Source: Niallia sp. (GTDB lineage Bacteria; Bacillota; Bacilli; Bacillales; Cytobacillaceae). Taken from it: a stretch of DNA of 51,364 nt. Below are positions 39,172 to 48,714 of this stretch, in pieces (position 1 is the stretch's first letter; every line of letters starts with the position of its first letter). Where the stretch lies: assembly GCA_035556015.1 (NCBI GenBank), contig DATMFU010000175.1:1-51364 (forward strand). The letters run 5' to 3'. Both the position numbers and the translations under genes were made by a program. Below the pieces are notes generated by a model. The model did not search any database, was not told where the DNA came from, and worked only from the letters and a program-made list of their open reading frames with translations.

Positions 39172-40791
39172 TCAATAGGATTTTTCTAAACTTTTTTTAC
39201 GAATAGGTTTTAAAATAACAGCTAACAGTACAACAATAACAGCAATCACTACCGTTGAATAAAACAAACCTCCGTAACCATCTTGTGCAGCCATTAACGT
39301 TATTTGATCAACACTTGATTGAATAACTTCTTTTAAAGTAGGATCTTGAATTTGTTCTACGATATTTGAGTAATCCATTTCTGTTGATGAGCCATCTGCA
39401 GATGCATTACTAACAATTTGTTGGAATTCTTGCATAGCTTCTGGACTTACATCTGCATTCTCCATATTTTTCTGTAAAATCTTACTGAAGTCACTTTGGA
39501 ATAGACTAGGGATTTGATTAAAGCCACGTACGATAAATCCAGCATAGATAGTTGGGGCAATGGTCATCCCAATTTGACGAGCAAGTGAAAGTCCTGCTAA
39601 TGCTGACCCCTTATCTTTTTCTAGGCGTTCTGTAGCTAAAATATTCAATGGTGCACCTAATAGAATTCCAATTCCAAGACCAGCGATACAGGATGAAATG
39701 ATAAATTGCCATTTAACATCAATCCATGTTGGAAATAATACAAATCCTATTGCAGTTATGAGACCAGATAAAAACACAGCAAGAACAGGACCTTTCTTAT
39801 CAACTAGTGCACCACCTAATCCAGCACCTATACCGGATGCTAATGCTAATGGTGTCATCCAATATCCTGAGTATTCTGCTGCTATTCCTAATACTTGTTC
39901 AGAAAATGAAGGAATATAGATCATTCCTGCAAGTAAAGCACCGGATAATGCACCTACTAATAATGTCATTAAGTAAGTAGGACGAACTAATAAACTGACT
40001 GGTAATATAGGATCTCCATTGCGCTTTTCTAATGAGCGATTATAAACTATTAATCCTGTAAATAAGATGATTCCTGCCAATAAGAAACCGTAAACATCAA
40101 TAGTGGACAAACTTTTCCATAAAGAGGTACCCTCGATATTGGTTAAGCCATACATGATACTAAGAACAGCCGTTGATAATAGAATAGTTCCAATTAAATC
40201 TAATTTTCCTACTGCAGGTTCTTTTGTTTCTTGGATTTTATAGAATCCTAAAATAACTAAAACAACAGCAATTGGTACATTAATAAGAAATAGATAATGC
40301 CAATTTCCTGTTAAATCTAAAATAATACTCCCAAGGTTTGGACCTAAAATTGCCCCTACCCCGTTCATAGCACCTAAGATTCCAAGTGCCTTCCCTTGTT
40401 TTTCTGCTGGAAATGTACTCAAAACATGGGAGCTACCAATGATAAAGATACCTCCACCACCCATTGCTTGGATGAATCGAGCAACTAAATAAAATCCGAA
40501 GTTTGGGCTGAGTGCCACAAGTAAGGAACCAATTCCAAATAAGGCAACCTCAACGATAAATAATTTTTTTCGGCCATAGCGGTCGGAAATTTTACCAACA
40601 ATCGGGATACTAATTGCTAAGCCGAGAGTATAAATTGTTACACCCCAAGCACCCCAATTGGCAGAAACATCGAACGAGCTGTTAATTGTTGTTAGAGCAG
40701 CACTAATAATACCATTATCTAGAGCGGCCATTAATACGCCAATACAGAACAACGTTATCGCCCAAGTAGGACTCGACGATTTATTACTCAT
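39172..40791 (-). CDS. MFS efflux transporter (DHA2/14-TMS type)
   Basis: MAALDNGI, GKISDRYGRK, RFIQAMGGG, WHYLFLINVPI; large loop before the last TM. Confidence 0.9.
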   Translation of the reverse strand: MSNKSSSPTWAITLFCIGVLMAALDNGIISAALTTINSSFDVSANWGAWGVTIYTLGLAISIPIVGKISDRYGRKKLFIVEVALFGIGSLLVALSPNFGFYLVARFIQAMGGGGIFIIGSSHVLSTFPAEKQGKALGILGAMNGVGAILGPNLGSIILDLTGNWHYLFLINVPIAVVLVILGFYKIQETKEPAVGKLDLIGTILLSTAVLSIMYGLTNIEGTSLWKSLSTIDVYGFLLAGIILFTGLIVYNRSLEKRNGDPILPVSLLVRPTYLMTLLVGALSGALLAGMIYIPSFSEQVLGIAAEYSGYWMTPLALASGIGAGLGGALVDKKGPVLAVFLSGLITAIGFVLFPTWIDVKWQFIISSCIAGLGIGILLGAPLNILATERLEKDKGSALAGLSLARQIGMTIAPTIYAGFIVRGFNQIPSLFQSDFSKILQKNMENADVSPEAMQEFQQIVSNASADGSSTEMDYSNIVEQIQDPTLKEVIQSSVDQITLMAAQDGYGGLFYSTVVIAVIVVLLAVILKPIRKKSLEKSY

Positions 40792-40929
40792 TCCTTCATC
40801 TCCTTTTCTTTATAGGAAGTAATATAAGAATTATTGTACTTTAGAATTGTAAAGTATATAAGCTGAATTTATCAACTGATAAGGAGGTTGTTGAAAAATA
40901 TTTACTGATTTGCTTATTAATTAAATTTT

Positions 40930-41400
40930 CTAATATGTATACTCACCCTTAATCACAAAAAAGGATCCTCGGATTGTTCCTGCTAATTTCGACTTTCGCT
41001 TAGCAAATTTAAATTTTCCTTCTAACTCTTTTGGTACTTCCATCCCATCAGAAAGCTTAAAGCCAACGGCCCGTTTCTTAGGATCATCTATTGTATATAA
41101 TACATTTACCGCAAGACCATCCTGATAAAAAATAAATGCCCATTTAATGTTTTCTACTCGAAAGTAAGATGTTTCAAGAGGTTTGGCAGCAAATTCAATA
41201 CCTCGTTCTTCTTTTAAAATATGATTTACGTAATCAATGGTGTCTTTGCTTTCACTTGCAGGTACAACGGTAAATTCATGTTTGTATTTATTCATGAAGT
41301 ATCGAGACTCGTTTGCACGTAAACCAGCGAGTGCCTCCGCAACTGGTGAGGACTCTAAACCAATTGTAGATACATTTTTAAAATCCACGATATAGGACAT
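40930..41400 (-). CDS. Hypothetical protein
   Basis: 156-aa ORF with AAAGGGG RBS; no recognisable catalytic motif. Confidence 0.8.
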   Translation of the reverse strand: MSYIVDFKNVSTIGLESSPVAEALAGLRANESRYFMNKYKHEFTVVPASESKDTIDYVNHILKEERGIEFAAKPLETSYFRVENIKWAFIFYQDGLAVNVLYTIDDPKKRAVGFKLSDGMEVPKELEGKFKFAKRKSKLAGTIRGSFFVIKGEYTY

Positions 41401-41858
41401 TTTTAATGCCCCTTTATATAAAATTTTACTCTTCTAAATAGCATACTTCTTCGCTGTACCATCTCAATATTCGTATAGTGGGCTACATAGCCAATCTGGA
41501 TAAATATAGATTTTTGATTTTAGTATAATCATTAGACAAATTTCCTATTTTTCTTAGCAAAATAGATAATATTGGAGGAGTGAAAAAGAGATTATTACAA
41601 AAGAAACTATACATATACTGCCCATAAGCAGTGTTAGTTAAAACTCGTAAAATAATGAAAATTTTATGAAAGGGGTATGAATCTATCTACCTAAAATTTT
41701 TATTGATAATAATGATATCTATTCATTTCTGCTAAAATAGTGAAGTAAAAGGGACAGATGGTATTTTGTGACTAACGTATGAATATTCAGGGTACTAAAA
41801 GGTTAGGAAACAGACCCATATCTTGTACAAAAAATAACTTAACGGAAGGAAGAAAACA

Positions 41859-42752
41859 ATGCTTAAAAAGGTATTCACTATTATTACTATGCTCTTCATT
41901 ATACTTTCAGGACTCCTGACAGTATCTCATCGTGCGGAAGCTGCTAGTAAAACGAAGTATGTAACAGCGAGTGTTTTAAATGTTCGTAGTGGCCCAAGTA
42001 CTAACTACAAGATTGTAACAACGGTTAAAAAGGATCAAGCGGTTGTCGTATCTCAGGAGAAAGGATCTTGGAGTAAAACAACTGTAAACAAAAAGACGGG
42101 TTGGGTGTCTAATAAATACCTCACTACTAAAAAACCAGCTTCATCAAAATCGTCATCAAACTTAGCTCAAGGTTTGAAAACAGTGGGAAGTAATAAACAA
42201 TTGATTCTCGTTACAACCAATGGTACAACTACTTCTTCTGCTGAAATTCGAACATTTGAAAAGGATTCAAAAGGAAAATGGATTCAAAAGCTATCTATTA
42301 AGGGATTTGTTGGAAAGACAGGAGTTGGTAAAACAAAAGAAGGAGAAAGTAAAACTCCAGTGGGGAAATATACCATTGGGACAGCCTTTGGTCAAAAAGG
42401 AAATCCAGGAACAAAGCTACCATTCAGAAACATTACAAACGATGATGTTTGGGTAGATGATCCAAAATCCAAGCTTTATAACACTTGGCAATCTAAGAAG
42501 AAAACAAAAGGACAATGGAAAAGTGCTGAGAAAATGAACCATAGACTCTATACTTATGGATTTGTGATTAACTATAATACGGAAAGAACTCCAGGTAAAG
42601 GGAGTGCAATCTTTTTCCATGTAGGAGATAGTTATACATTAGGATGTGTCGCTACTTCAGAGGCAAATGTAAAATCCATTTTGAAATGGCTAGATCCTGC
42701 TAAAAAACCAGTCATCATTATGACTTCCACTCAAGATTTAAAGAAATATTAA
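41859..42752 (+). CDS. Secreted SH3b + YkuD-type L,D-transpeptidase family protein
   Basis: Signal peptide ending AEA; SH3b LNVRSGPST...TGWVS; KEGESKTPVG; His/Cys motif IFFHVGDSYTLGCV. Confidence 0.88.
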   Translation: MLKKVFTIITMLFIILSGLLTVSHRAEAASKTKYVTASVLNVRSGPSTNYKIVTTVKKDQAVVVSQEKGSWSKTTVNKKTGWVSNKYLTTKKPASSKSSSNLAQGLKTVGSNKQLILVTTNGTTTSSAEIRTFEKDSKGKWIQKLSIKGFVGKTGVGKTKEGESKTPVGKYTIGTAFGQKGNPGTKLPFRNITNDDVWVDDPKSKLYNTWQSKKKTKGQWKSAEKMNHRLYTYGFVINYNTERTPGKGSAIFFHVGDSYTLGCVATSEANVKSILKWLDPAKKPVIIMTSTQDLKKY

Positions 42753-42788
42753 ATTTTCTTTTAGGTATCTATAAATTTATTGCAAACA

Positions 42789-42817
42789 AAAGCACAGGCT
42801 TGTACAACCTGTGCTTT
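42789..42817. terminator. Bidirectional intrinsic terminator
   Basis: AAAGCACAGG...CCTGTGCTTT. Confidence 0.8.
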
Positions 42818-42820
42818 CGT

Positions 42821-43309
42821 TTATTTTCTATATTCTTTTTCTGTACCATTACTATATTGAATTTCTAATTCTACATTTTTAGCATCTTTTGGTATATTAA
42901 ATGCCTCTGTAATAGTATTTAATACTTCATCATCTGGCGTATTTTCATCAAAATTTAATGAGGAGAAAATACTATCCAATTTATCAATTGCTTCATCACC
43001 ATTTAAGTTAATATCTTGAGATTTATCTTGGTAGGATGCTTCCATGTTATCATTTTTTTCATTCTCATAGTCAACATCAAGAGCATCATTTGTACCTTCA
43101 TAATCTGCATCAAGATCAAATTTAGTAAAACCATAACCAGTATTTGTACTAGTATCAGTGTCCTTCGTTGTGGTTGAATCGTTCTCTGTTGTTTGTTGTT
43201 TTTCCTCTGTAGTATTTTCTGGAGGATTTTTCACCTCATCGTTATCACCACAAGCAGTAAGTAGGATAGATAAACTTAGGCTCCCAAACAGAAATAGTAC
43301 TTTTTTCAT
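42821..43309 (-). CDS. yusW: YusW-family lipoprotein
   Basis: Lipobox LTAC; Thr/Glu-rich linker; FTKFDLDADY...LEIQYSNGTEKEY. Confidence 0.75.
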   Translation of the reverse strand: MKKVLFLFGSLSLSILLTACGDNDEVKNPPENTTEEKQQTTENDSTTTKDTDTSTNTGYGFTKFDLDADYEGTNDALDVDYENEKNDNMEASYQDKSQDINLNGDEAIDKLDSIFSSLNFDENTPDDEVLNTITEAFNIPKDAKNVELEIQYSNGTEKEYRK

Positions 43310-43345
43310 CTATAATCACTCTCCTTTTTTCTAGTTAGACTTAAC

Positions 43346-43371
43346 ATTCCCTTAAGTAAGGAGAATATAAC
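43346..43371 (-). promoter_or_regulatory. SigB/SigF-like promoter upstream of yusW
   Basis: Minus strand reads GTTATA-N14-GGGAAT. Confidence 0.35.
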
Positions 43372-43559
43372 CTTTCTACTGAAACAAAGAATCTTTCTTC
43401 CTATTAGAGTAATAGCAAAAAAGTAATCTTTGTCTCACTAATTATAAATAAACGTCTTCGAATAGCTTTCTGATGCAATAATCAATATGTAACTATTTTC
43501 TGTTAGAAAAATTGTGTAAAATGATAACAGAACAATTGCAACGTAGGGGGAAATATTTT

Positions 43560-44552
43560 ATGGTAACGATTAAGGAAATTGCGGAAAGAGCCAATGTTTC
43601 TCGTACAACAGTTTCAAGAGTTATAAATAATACTGGATACATTAGTGAAGAAGCAAAAAAGAAAGTGTTGAAGGTTATTGAAGAAACAGGATATATCCCG
43701 AGTGAAAATGCTAAATCCCTGCGGACGAAGAAAACAAAAGTTATTGGTGTTATTCTCCCTAAAATAAGTACGGAAACATCAAGTCGTCTTGTAAAAGGGT
43801 TAGATGAAATATTTGCTAGAGATGGTTATCAAATTCTTTTAACAAATACTAATCTTAATCCTAAAAAAGAAATAGAGTATTTAAAATTGCTGAAAAGCAG
43901 ACATGTTGATGGAATTATTTTATCAGCAACAATTATTGATCAAACATTAATAGATGAAATCAATCGGTTAGACATTCCATTTGTAACAGTTGGACAATAT
44001 ATTTCAGGGACTTCCAACGTACTTTTTGATGATTATCAAGCATCTAAGGATATGATTCATTTAATGATTAAAAAAGGGTATAAAAAGATTGCTTTTATTG
44101 GTGTGGATGAAAGTGATTATGCAGTTGGTCATTTGCGTAAATTGGGATATTTAGATGCAATGAAAGAAAATGGTTTATTTGTGGAAGAAAGCTGGGTCCA
44201 AAAGGGAATATTCGATGTGGATTCAGGATATCATTGCATGAAAGAGATAGTAGATTTTTCAGAGCAAAGACCAGAAGCTGTGCTTGCTGTTACAGACAGA
44301 CTTGCAATTGGTGCCATGCAATATATCAAAGAAGTTGGGTTATCAATACCTGGTGATATAGCAGTAGCAGGAATGGGAGCATCGGAATTGTCTCAATTTA
44401 TTTCTCCGTCCTTAACTACCATTGATTTCTCTGTGGAGGAAGTCGGAAGAGAGGCTGCAAGGCTACTTTTAGAACAAGTAAGTGGAGCAGAAAATAATGA
44501 GAAAATTAAAAAGATAAAGTATAGACTTATTGAACGATCTAGTATAAAATGA
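43560..44552 (+). CDS. scrR: LacI-family repressor of the sucrose operon
   Basis: TIKEIAERANVSRTTVSRVIN; ATG 43560 follows AGGGGG; adjacent to scrA-scrB. Confidence 0.88.
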   Translation: MVTIKEIAERANVSRTTVSRVINNTGYISEEAKKKVLKVIEETGYIPSENAKSLRTKKTKVIGVILPKISTETSSRLVKGLDEIFARDGYQILLTNTNLNPKKEIEYLKLLKSRHVDGIILSATIIDQTLIDEINRLDIPFVTVGQYISGTSNVLFDDYQASKDMIHLMIKKGYKKIAFIGVDESDYAVGHLRKLGYLDAMKENGLFVEESWVQKGIFDVDSGYHCMKEIVDFSEQRPEAVLAVTDRLAIGAMQYIKEVGLSIPGDIAVAGMGASELSQFISPSLTTIDFSVEEVGREAARLLLEQVSGAENNEKIKKIKYRLIERSSIK

Positions 44553-44555
44553 GGT

Positions 44556-44601
44556 TGTAATCGTTATCAAATAGTATTTGCTTCGATTACACTTTATTTT
44601 T
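44556..44601 (+). terminator. Probable scrR terminator
   Basis: TGTAATCG...CAAATA/TATTTG...CGATTACA followed by a T-rich tail. Confidence 0.55.
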
Positions 44602-44608
44602 AATAGTG

Positions 44609-44622
44609 TGGAATCGATTCCA
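44609..44622. promoter_or_regulatory. LacI-type operator, distal copy
   Basis: Perfect palindrome TGGAATCGATTCCA. Confidence 0.8.
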
Positions 44623-44753
44623 TGTCCTATAAAAAGCAAAAGGGTATTTTTATTTGCGATAGTAAAAAGTTATCCTCTATTTAATTTTTCTTGTAATTAA
44701 AAACTCGGTTTGCTTTTTTTGTACTCGATAATATATTTAATGCATAGAATTTA

Positions 44754-44767
44754 TGGAATCGATTCCA
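44754..44767. promoter_or_regulatory. LacI-type operator, proximal copy
   Basis: Identical perfect palindrome TGGAATCGATTCCA just upstream of the scrA RBS. Confidence 0.82.
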
Positions 44768-44795
44768 CTAAAATAGAAAACTAGGGGTGAATAAT

Positions 44796-46199
44796 ATGTC
44801 AGAGAACCGCAAAATAGCTGAAGAAGTAATAAAAGCAGTAGGAGGAAAAGAGAATATTCAATCAGTTGCCCATTGTGCGACTAGACTTCGAATTATGGTC
44901 ATCGATAAAGAAAAAATTGATCAGGAGCGAATAGAAGAAATTAACAAAGTAAAAGGAGCCTTCTTTAACTCCGGTCAATATCAAATTATCTTTGGTACCG
45001 GAACTGTTAACAAAATATATGAAGAAGTGAGTAACCTTGGTCTTGAGACAAAGTCTACGTCTGACCAGAAAAAAGAGGCAGTAAAAAGTGGGACTAAATT
45101 TCAAAGAGCTATTCGTACCTTTGGGGACGTCTTTGTACCGATTATTCCTGTTCTAGTTGCTACTGGACTATTTATGGGACTTCGTGGTTTGGTAATGCAA
45201 GAAGAAATATTAGGGTTATTTGGGATGACAACAGATGACGTATCCCAAAACTTTATATTATTCACCCAAGTATTAACAGATACAGCTTTTGCATTTCTTC
45301 CAGCTCTTGTGGCATGGTCCACTTTTAGAGTGTTTGGTGGAACTCCCATTATTGGATTAGTTCTTGGATTAATGTTAGTTTCTCCTGACTTACCGAATGC
45401 GTATGCCGTTGCAGGGGGAACTGCAGAAGCAATACGATTATTCGATTTTATTCCAGTCGTAGGTTATCAAGGGTCTGTCATTCCAGCTTTTATTGCAGGT
45501 ATCATTGGTGCGAAGTTAGAAAGAGCACTTAGAAAACGTGTACCGGAGTCATTGGATTTAATTATTACACCATTTATTACCCTACTTGTTATGATTGCTC
45601 TTTCTTTACTTGTTATTGGTCCAATTTTCCATACAGTAGAGCAAGGTATCTTAGATGTTGCAACAAACGTACTTTCATGGCCATTCGGATTGGCTGGTAT
45701 ATTAATTGGTGGATTAAACCAATTGATTGTTATCACAGGTGTTCACCATGTATTCAATATGTTAGAGATCCAGCTATTAGCTGAATATAAAAATAATCCA
45801 TATAATGCAATTGTTACTTGCGCAGTTGCTGCTCAAGGTGGTGCAGCACTAGCAGTAGGATTAAAGACAAAATCAGCTAAGCTAAAAGCACTTGCTTTAC
45901 CATCTTCTTTCTCAGCTTTCTTAGGTATTACAGAACCAGCTATTTTTGGGGTTAACCTTCGTTATGGAAAGCCGTTTATTATGGGTCTTGTTGGTGGTGC
46001 AGTTGGTGGTTTTATGGCATCTATCCTTGGGCTGAAAGCAACAGGTATGGCTGTTACAGTAATCCCAGGAGTTCTACTCTATTTAAATGGTCAGATTTTA
46101 CAATATATTTTAGTAAATGCAATAGCGATAGCCGTTGCCTTCATATTAACTTGGATGTTTGGCTATTCAGATAAGATGAAAAATGAAATAGAACAATAA
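44796..46199 (+). CDS. scrA: Sucrose-specific PTS EIIBC
   Basis: EIIB HCATRLR, GQYQIIFGTG, GYQGSVIPA, LGITEPAIFGVNL; ATG 44796 follows GGGGTG. Confidence 0.92.
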   Translation: MSENRKIAEEVIKAVGGKENIQSVAHCATRLRIMVIDKEKIDQERIEEINKVKGAFFNSGQYQIIFGTGTVNKIYEEVSNLGLETKSTSDQKKEAVKSGTKFQRAIRTFGDVFVPIIPVLVATGLFMGLRGLVMQEEILGLFGMTTDDVSQNFILFTQVLTDTAFAFLPALVAWSTFRVFGGTPIIGLVLGLMLVSPDLPNAYAVAGGTAEAIRLFDFIPVVGYQGSVIPAFIAGIIGAKLERALRKRVPESLDLIITPFITLLVMIALSLLVIGPIFHTVEQGILDVATNVLSWPFGLAGILIGGLNQLIVITGVHHVFNMLEIQLLAEYKNNPYNAIVTCAVAAQGGAALAVGLKTKSAKLKALALPSSFSAFLGITEPAIFGVNLRYGKPFIMGLVGGAVGGFMASILGLKATGMAVTVIPGVLLYLNGQILQYILVNAIAIAVAFILTWMFGYSDKMKNEIEQ

Positions 46200-46202
46200 C
46201 AA

Positions 46203-46237
46203 AAAGAAGGGGGGGATAACGTCCCCACCTTCCTTTT
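46203..46237 (+). other. Intercistronic GC-rich stem-loop
   Basis: GAAGGGGGGGA-TAACG-TCCCCCACCTTC followed by CTTTTG. Confidence 0.55.
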
Positions 46238-46264
46238 GTAAAACATGATTAAAGAGGTACTGCT

Positions 46265-47662
46265 ATGACGGAAAAAGAAGTTCTCTTAAACCAAGAAGCT
46301 TATAATAATGTAAAAGATAATCGAGATAAGGTAATAAATGACCCTTATCGTTTAACCTATCATCTAATGCCACCTGTTGGATTATTAAATGATCCAAATG
46401 GATTGATTCAGTATAATGGCGTTTATCACGTTTTTTACCAGTGGAATCCATTTGAAACAGCACATGGGGCTAAGTTCTGGGGTCACTATACTTCTAAGGA
46501 TATGGTCCATTGGGTAGAGGAGCCTATTGCTTTGACTCCGAGTGATTGGTATGACAAAAACGGTTGTTATTCTGGAAGTGCGATTGAATCGGATGGAAAG
46601 TTATATCTCTTTTATACAGGAAATGTGAAGAAGGAGAATGGAATAAGAGAATCGTATCAATGTCTTGCAGTTTCTTCAGATGGAGTTCACTTTGAAAAAA
46701 AAGGTCCTGTATTAGAACTCCCTGAACAATATACTGCCCATTTTCGTGATCCAAAGGTTTGGAAAAAGGACGAACGTTGGTATATGATTTTGGGTGCACA
46801 AACTTTAGATGAAAAGGGAGCCGCTGTTTTATTCGTTTCTAATGACTTGTATCATTGGGAAGAATTAGGGAAGATTGCTGGTGCAGGAATGAATGGAATC
46901 GGTGATTTTGGCTATATGTGGGAATGTCCAGATCTTATTCAGTTAAGTGGTAAAGATGTATTATTAGTTTCCCCACAAGGAATTGAACCAAATGGGGAAT
47001 TGTATAATAATTTATTTCAATCTGGCTATTTTATTGGAAAATTAGATTATGAGACTCTTCATTTTCAACATGGTTCTTTTAAAGAATTAGATCGTGGTTT
47101 TGACTTCTATGCTCCTCAGACTTTTACGGATGAGTCAGGGAGAATTATTCTTTATGGATGGATGGGTATGACGGATGATCTAGAACCTTATCAACCAACC
47201 ATTGCTAATAACTGGGTTCACGCTTTAACAATTCCAAGGGAATTAGAGCTTCGAGAAGAAAAATTAATCCAAAAACCCGTAGAAGAATTAAAGAAACGAA
47301 GAAAGAATCAAATAGTCATAGAGGGCAATACCTGTCACGGAGAATCAGCTGAATTACTCATTGAAGTTTTAAGTAATGGACAGTTTGAAATCTCTATTCG
47401 GAATGAGGCATATTTAAGTTTTAATGGAGAAATGCTTACTTTAAAAAGAAGAAATATAAAAACTAATGGTTTAGAAGCCAGATCCTGCAAAATAGCAGCT
47501 GTGACTAAGTTGCAAATATTTATGGACCATTCGTCATTAGAGATATTTATTAATGATGGAGAAGAGGTTTTTACCACACGCTATTTTCCAAATCCAAAGG
47601 ATAAGAAAATTAGTATTCAAGGAGAAATAGAATATACTTGGACGAAGTGGGACCTTGGTTAA
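46265..47662 (+). CDS. scrB: Sucrose-6-phosphate hydrolase (GH32)
   Basis: LLNDPNG, YSGSA, FRDP, MWECPD, GFDFYAPQ. Confidence 0.94.
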   Translation: MTEKEVLLNQEAYNNVKDNRDKVINDPYRLTYHLMPPVGLLNDPNGLIQYNGVYHVFYQWNPFETAHGAKFWGHYTSKDMVHWVEEPIALTPSDWYDKNGCYSGSAIESDGKLYLFYTGNVKKENGIRESYQCLAVSSDGVHFEKKGPVLELPEQYTAHFRDPKVWKKDERWYMILGAQTLDEKGAAVLFVSNDLYHWEELGKIAGAGMNGIGDFGYMWECPDLIQLSGKDVLLVSPQGIEPNGELYNNLFQSGYFIGKLDYETLHFQHGSFKELDRGFDFYAPQTFTDESGRIILYGWMGMTDDLEPYQPTIANNWVHALTIPRELELREEKLIQKPVEELKKRRKNQIVIEGNTCHGESAELLIEVLSNGQFEISIRNEAYLSFNGEMLTLKRRNIKTNGLEARSCKIAAVTKLQIFMDHSSLEIFINDGEEVFTTRYFPNPKDKKISIQGEIEYTWTKWDLG

Positions 47663-47694
47663 GGAAATAAAGAATCTATAGTTGTTATAAAAGG

Positions 47695-47750
47695 AAACAC
47701 CTTCATATAAAATTCTGCATTCAGGAATTTTAATGAAGGTGTTTTCTTCT
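47695..47750. terminator. Bidirectional terminator
   Basis: AAACACCTTCAT...AAAATTC/GAATTTT...ATGAAGGTGTTT. Confidence 0.75.
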
Positions 47751-47781
47751 TGATATTGTGTGAAGTGCTTATGGAGATAGC

Positions 47782-48234
47782 CTAAATAGTGAATTGGCCC
47801 ACGGTTCCCCAATTTTCTTTTCTAGAAAAGGAAGGGAAAACGGAGATGAAGTGAACGATAATAGAACATTGATCAAGGCGAGGATATGCATTAAATAAAA
47901 CTTGGTCGCCATATCGAATAGCTTTTAAGGCCAATGGTAATTCTCGTCTAAATATTTCACTACGCTTAGCAGATTCCATTTCGGTATACTCCCCTTGATC
48001 TATATAGATATAAATAGAAAAAAAGAGTGAATTCCCATTTGTTTCCCATTTCCCTAATACTTCATCTCTTAAAGGATTAATTTTATCCCAGGCAAAATTA
48101 GTTCCAATGGTTAAGAAAAGCTCCCCTGTTGTGTCAGAGTGTGTAAGTGTATAGTGTCTCTGGAAAAGAGGTTGTGAAATAGTAACATCATTCCTATATT
48201 CCACCAATAATTTTTCTGGATCAAAATTGCTCAT
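47782..48234 (-). CDS. Stay-green (SGR) family protein
   Basis: FDPEKL, R.YTLTHSD.TGELFLTIG, RDEVLGKW, IFRRELPLALKAIRYGD, ENWG. Confidence 0.88.
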   Translation of the reverse strand: MSNFDPEKLLVEYRNDVTISQPLFQRHYTLTHSDTTGELFLTIGTNFAWDKINPLRDEVLGKWETNGNSLFFSIYIYIDQGEYTEMESAKRSEIFRRELPLALKAIRYGDQVLFNAYPRLDQCSIIVHFISVFPSFSRKENWGTVGQFTI

Positions 48235-48361
48235 GCAATCAACTCCAATTTTTAGTTTTTATACTATATTAAGTTTAGGCTAATGAGGTGTTAAGCAAGA
48301 CTTTGCAATAATTAATGATGTTTAAAATCATCTAAATAACAAGATAATAAAGTAAATTAAG

Positions 48362-48390
48362 TTGACGCACTGTATTTAATACGTTACTAT
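48362..48390 (+). promoter_or_regulatory. SigA promoter
   Basis: TTGACG-N17-TACTAT. Confidence 0.7.
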
Positions 48391-48422
48391 TAGAAAATAA
48401 TTGAATAAGACCTCACTTTTAA

Positions 48423-48603
48423 CAGTGAGGTAGAGGCGCGATATTTAACAGTCTATAGTGGAGCTTGAGAAGCTAAGATACTAGGGAGAAGGAAATGTCG
48501 CCGAAGTTTGTAATATTCTCAGTATTACATGCTGGGTCTGTAGTTAAGAGCTGCAGGACTGTCTTGATAAACTACCAGTTTATTGAGTTGTGCTATCTCA
48601 TTG
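48423..48603 (+). ncRNA. Lysine riboswitch (L-box) aptamer
   Basis: P1 CAGTGAGGTAG/CTATCTCATTG; AGAGGCGCG, GCCGAA, GCTGGG, ACTGTC and GTGCTA landmarks. Confidence 0.93.
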
Positions 48604-48641
48604 GGGATAAAAGAGAGGGATTTAGGGGCTATTACATATAT

Positions 48642-48672
48642 ACGACCTGAGTTTATCTCAGGTCGTTTTTTT
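48642..48672 (+). terminator. Riboswitch expression-platform terminator
   Basis: ACGACCTGAG-TTTAT-CTCAGGTCGT followed by TTTTTT, upstream of the RBS. Confidence 0.88.
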
Positions 48673-48714
48673 GTGTTTTAGTAGACTTATAGAGTATACA
48701 GGAGGAGAGACAAC

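Noticed and set aside
41573-41627. GGAGG followed by a 15-codon GTG ORF
   Set aside because: The Shine-Dalgarno is only 1 nt from the start codon; no other support.
41401-41858. c-di-AMP (ydaO) riboswitch upstream of the cell-wall enzyme
   Set aside because: Only a GGGGTATGAATC fragment resembles it; the conserved core and paired stems were not found.
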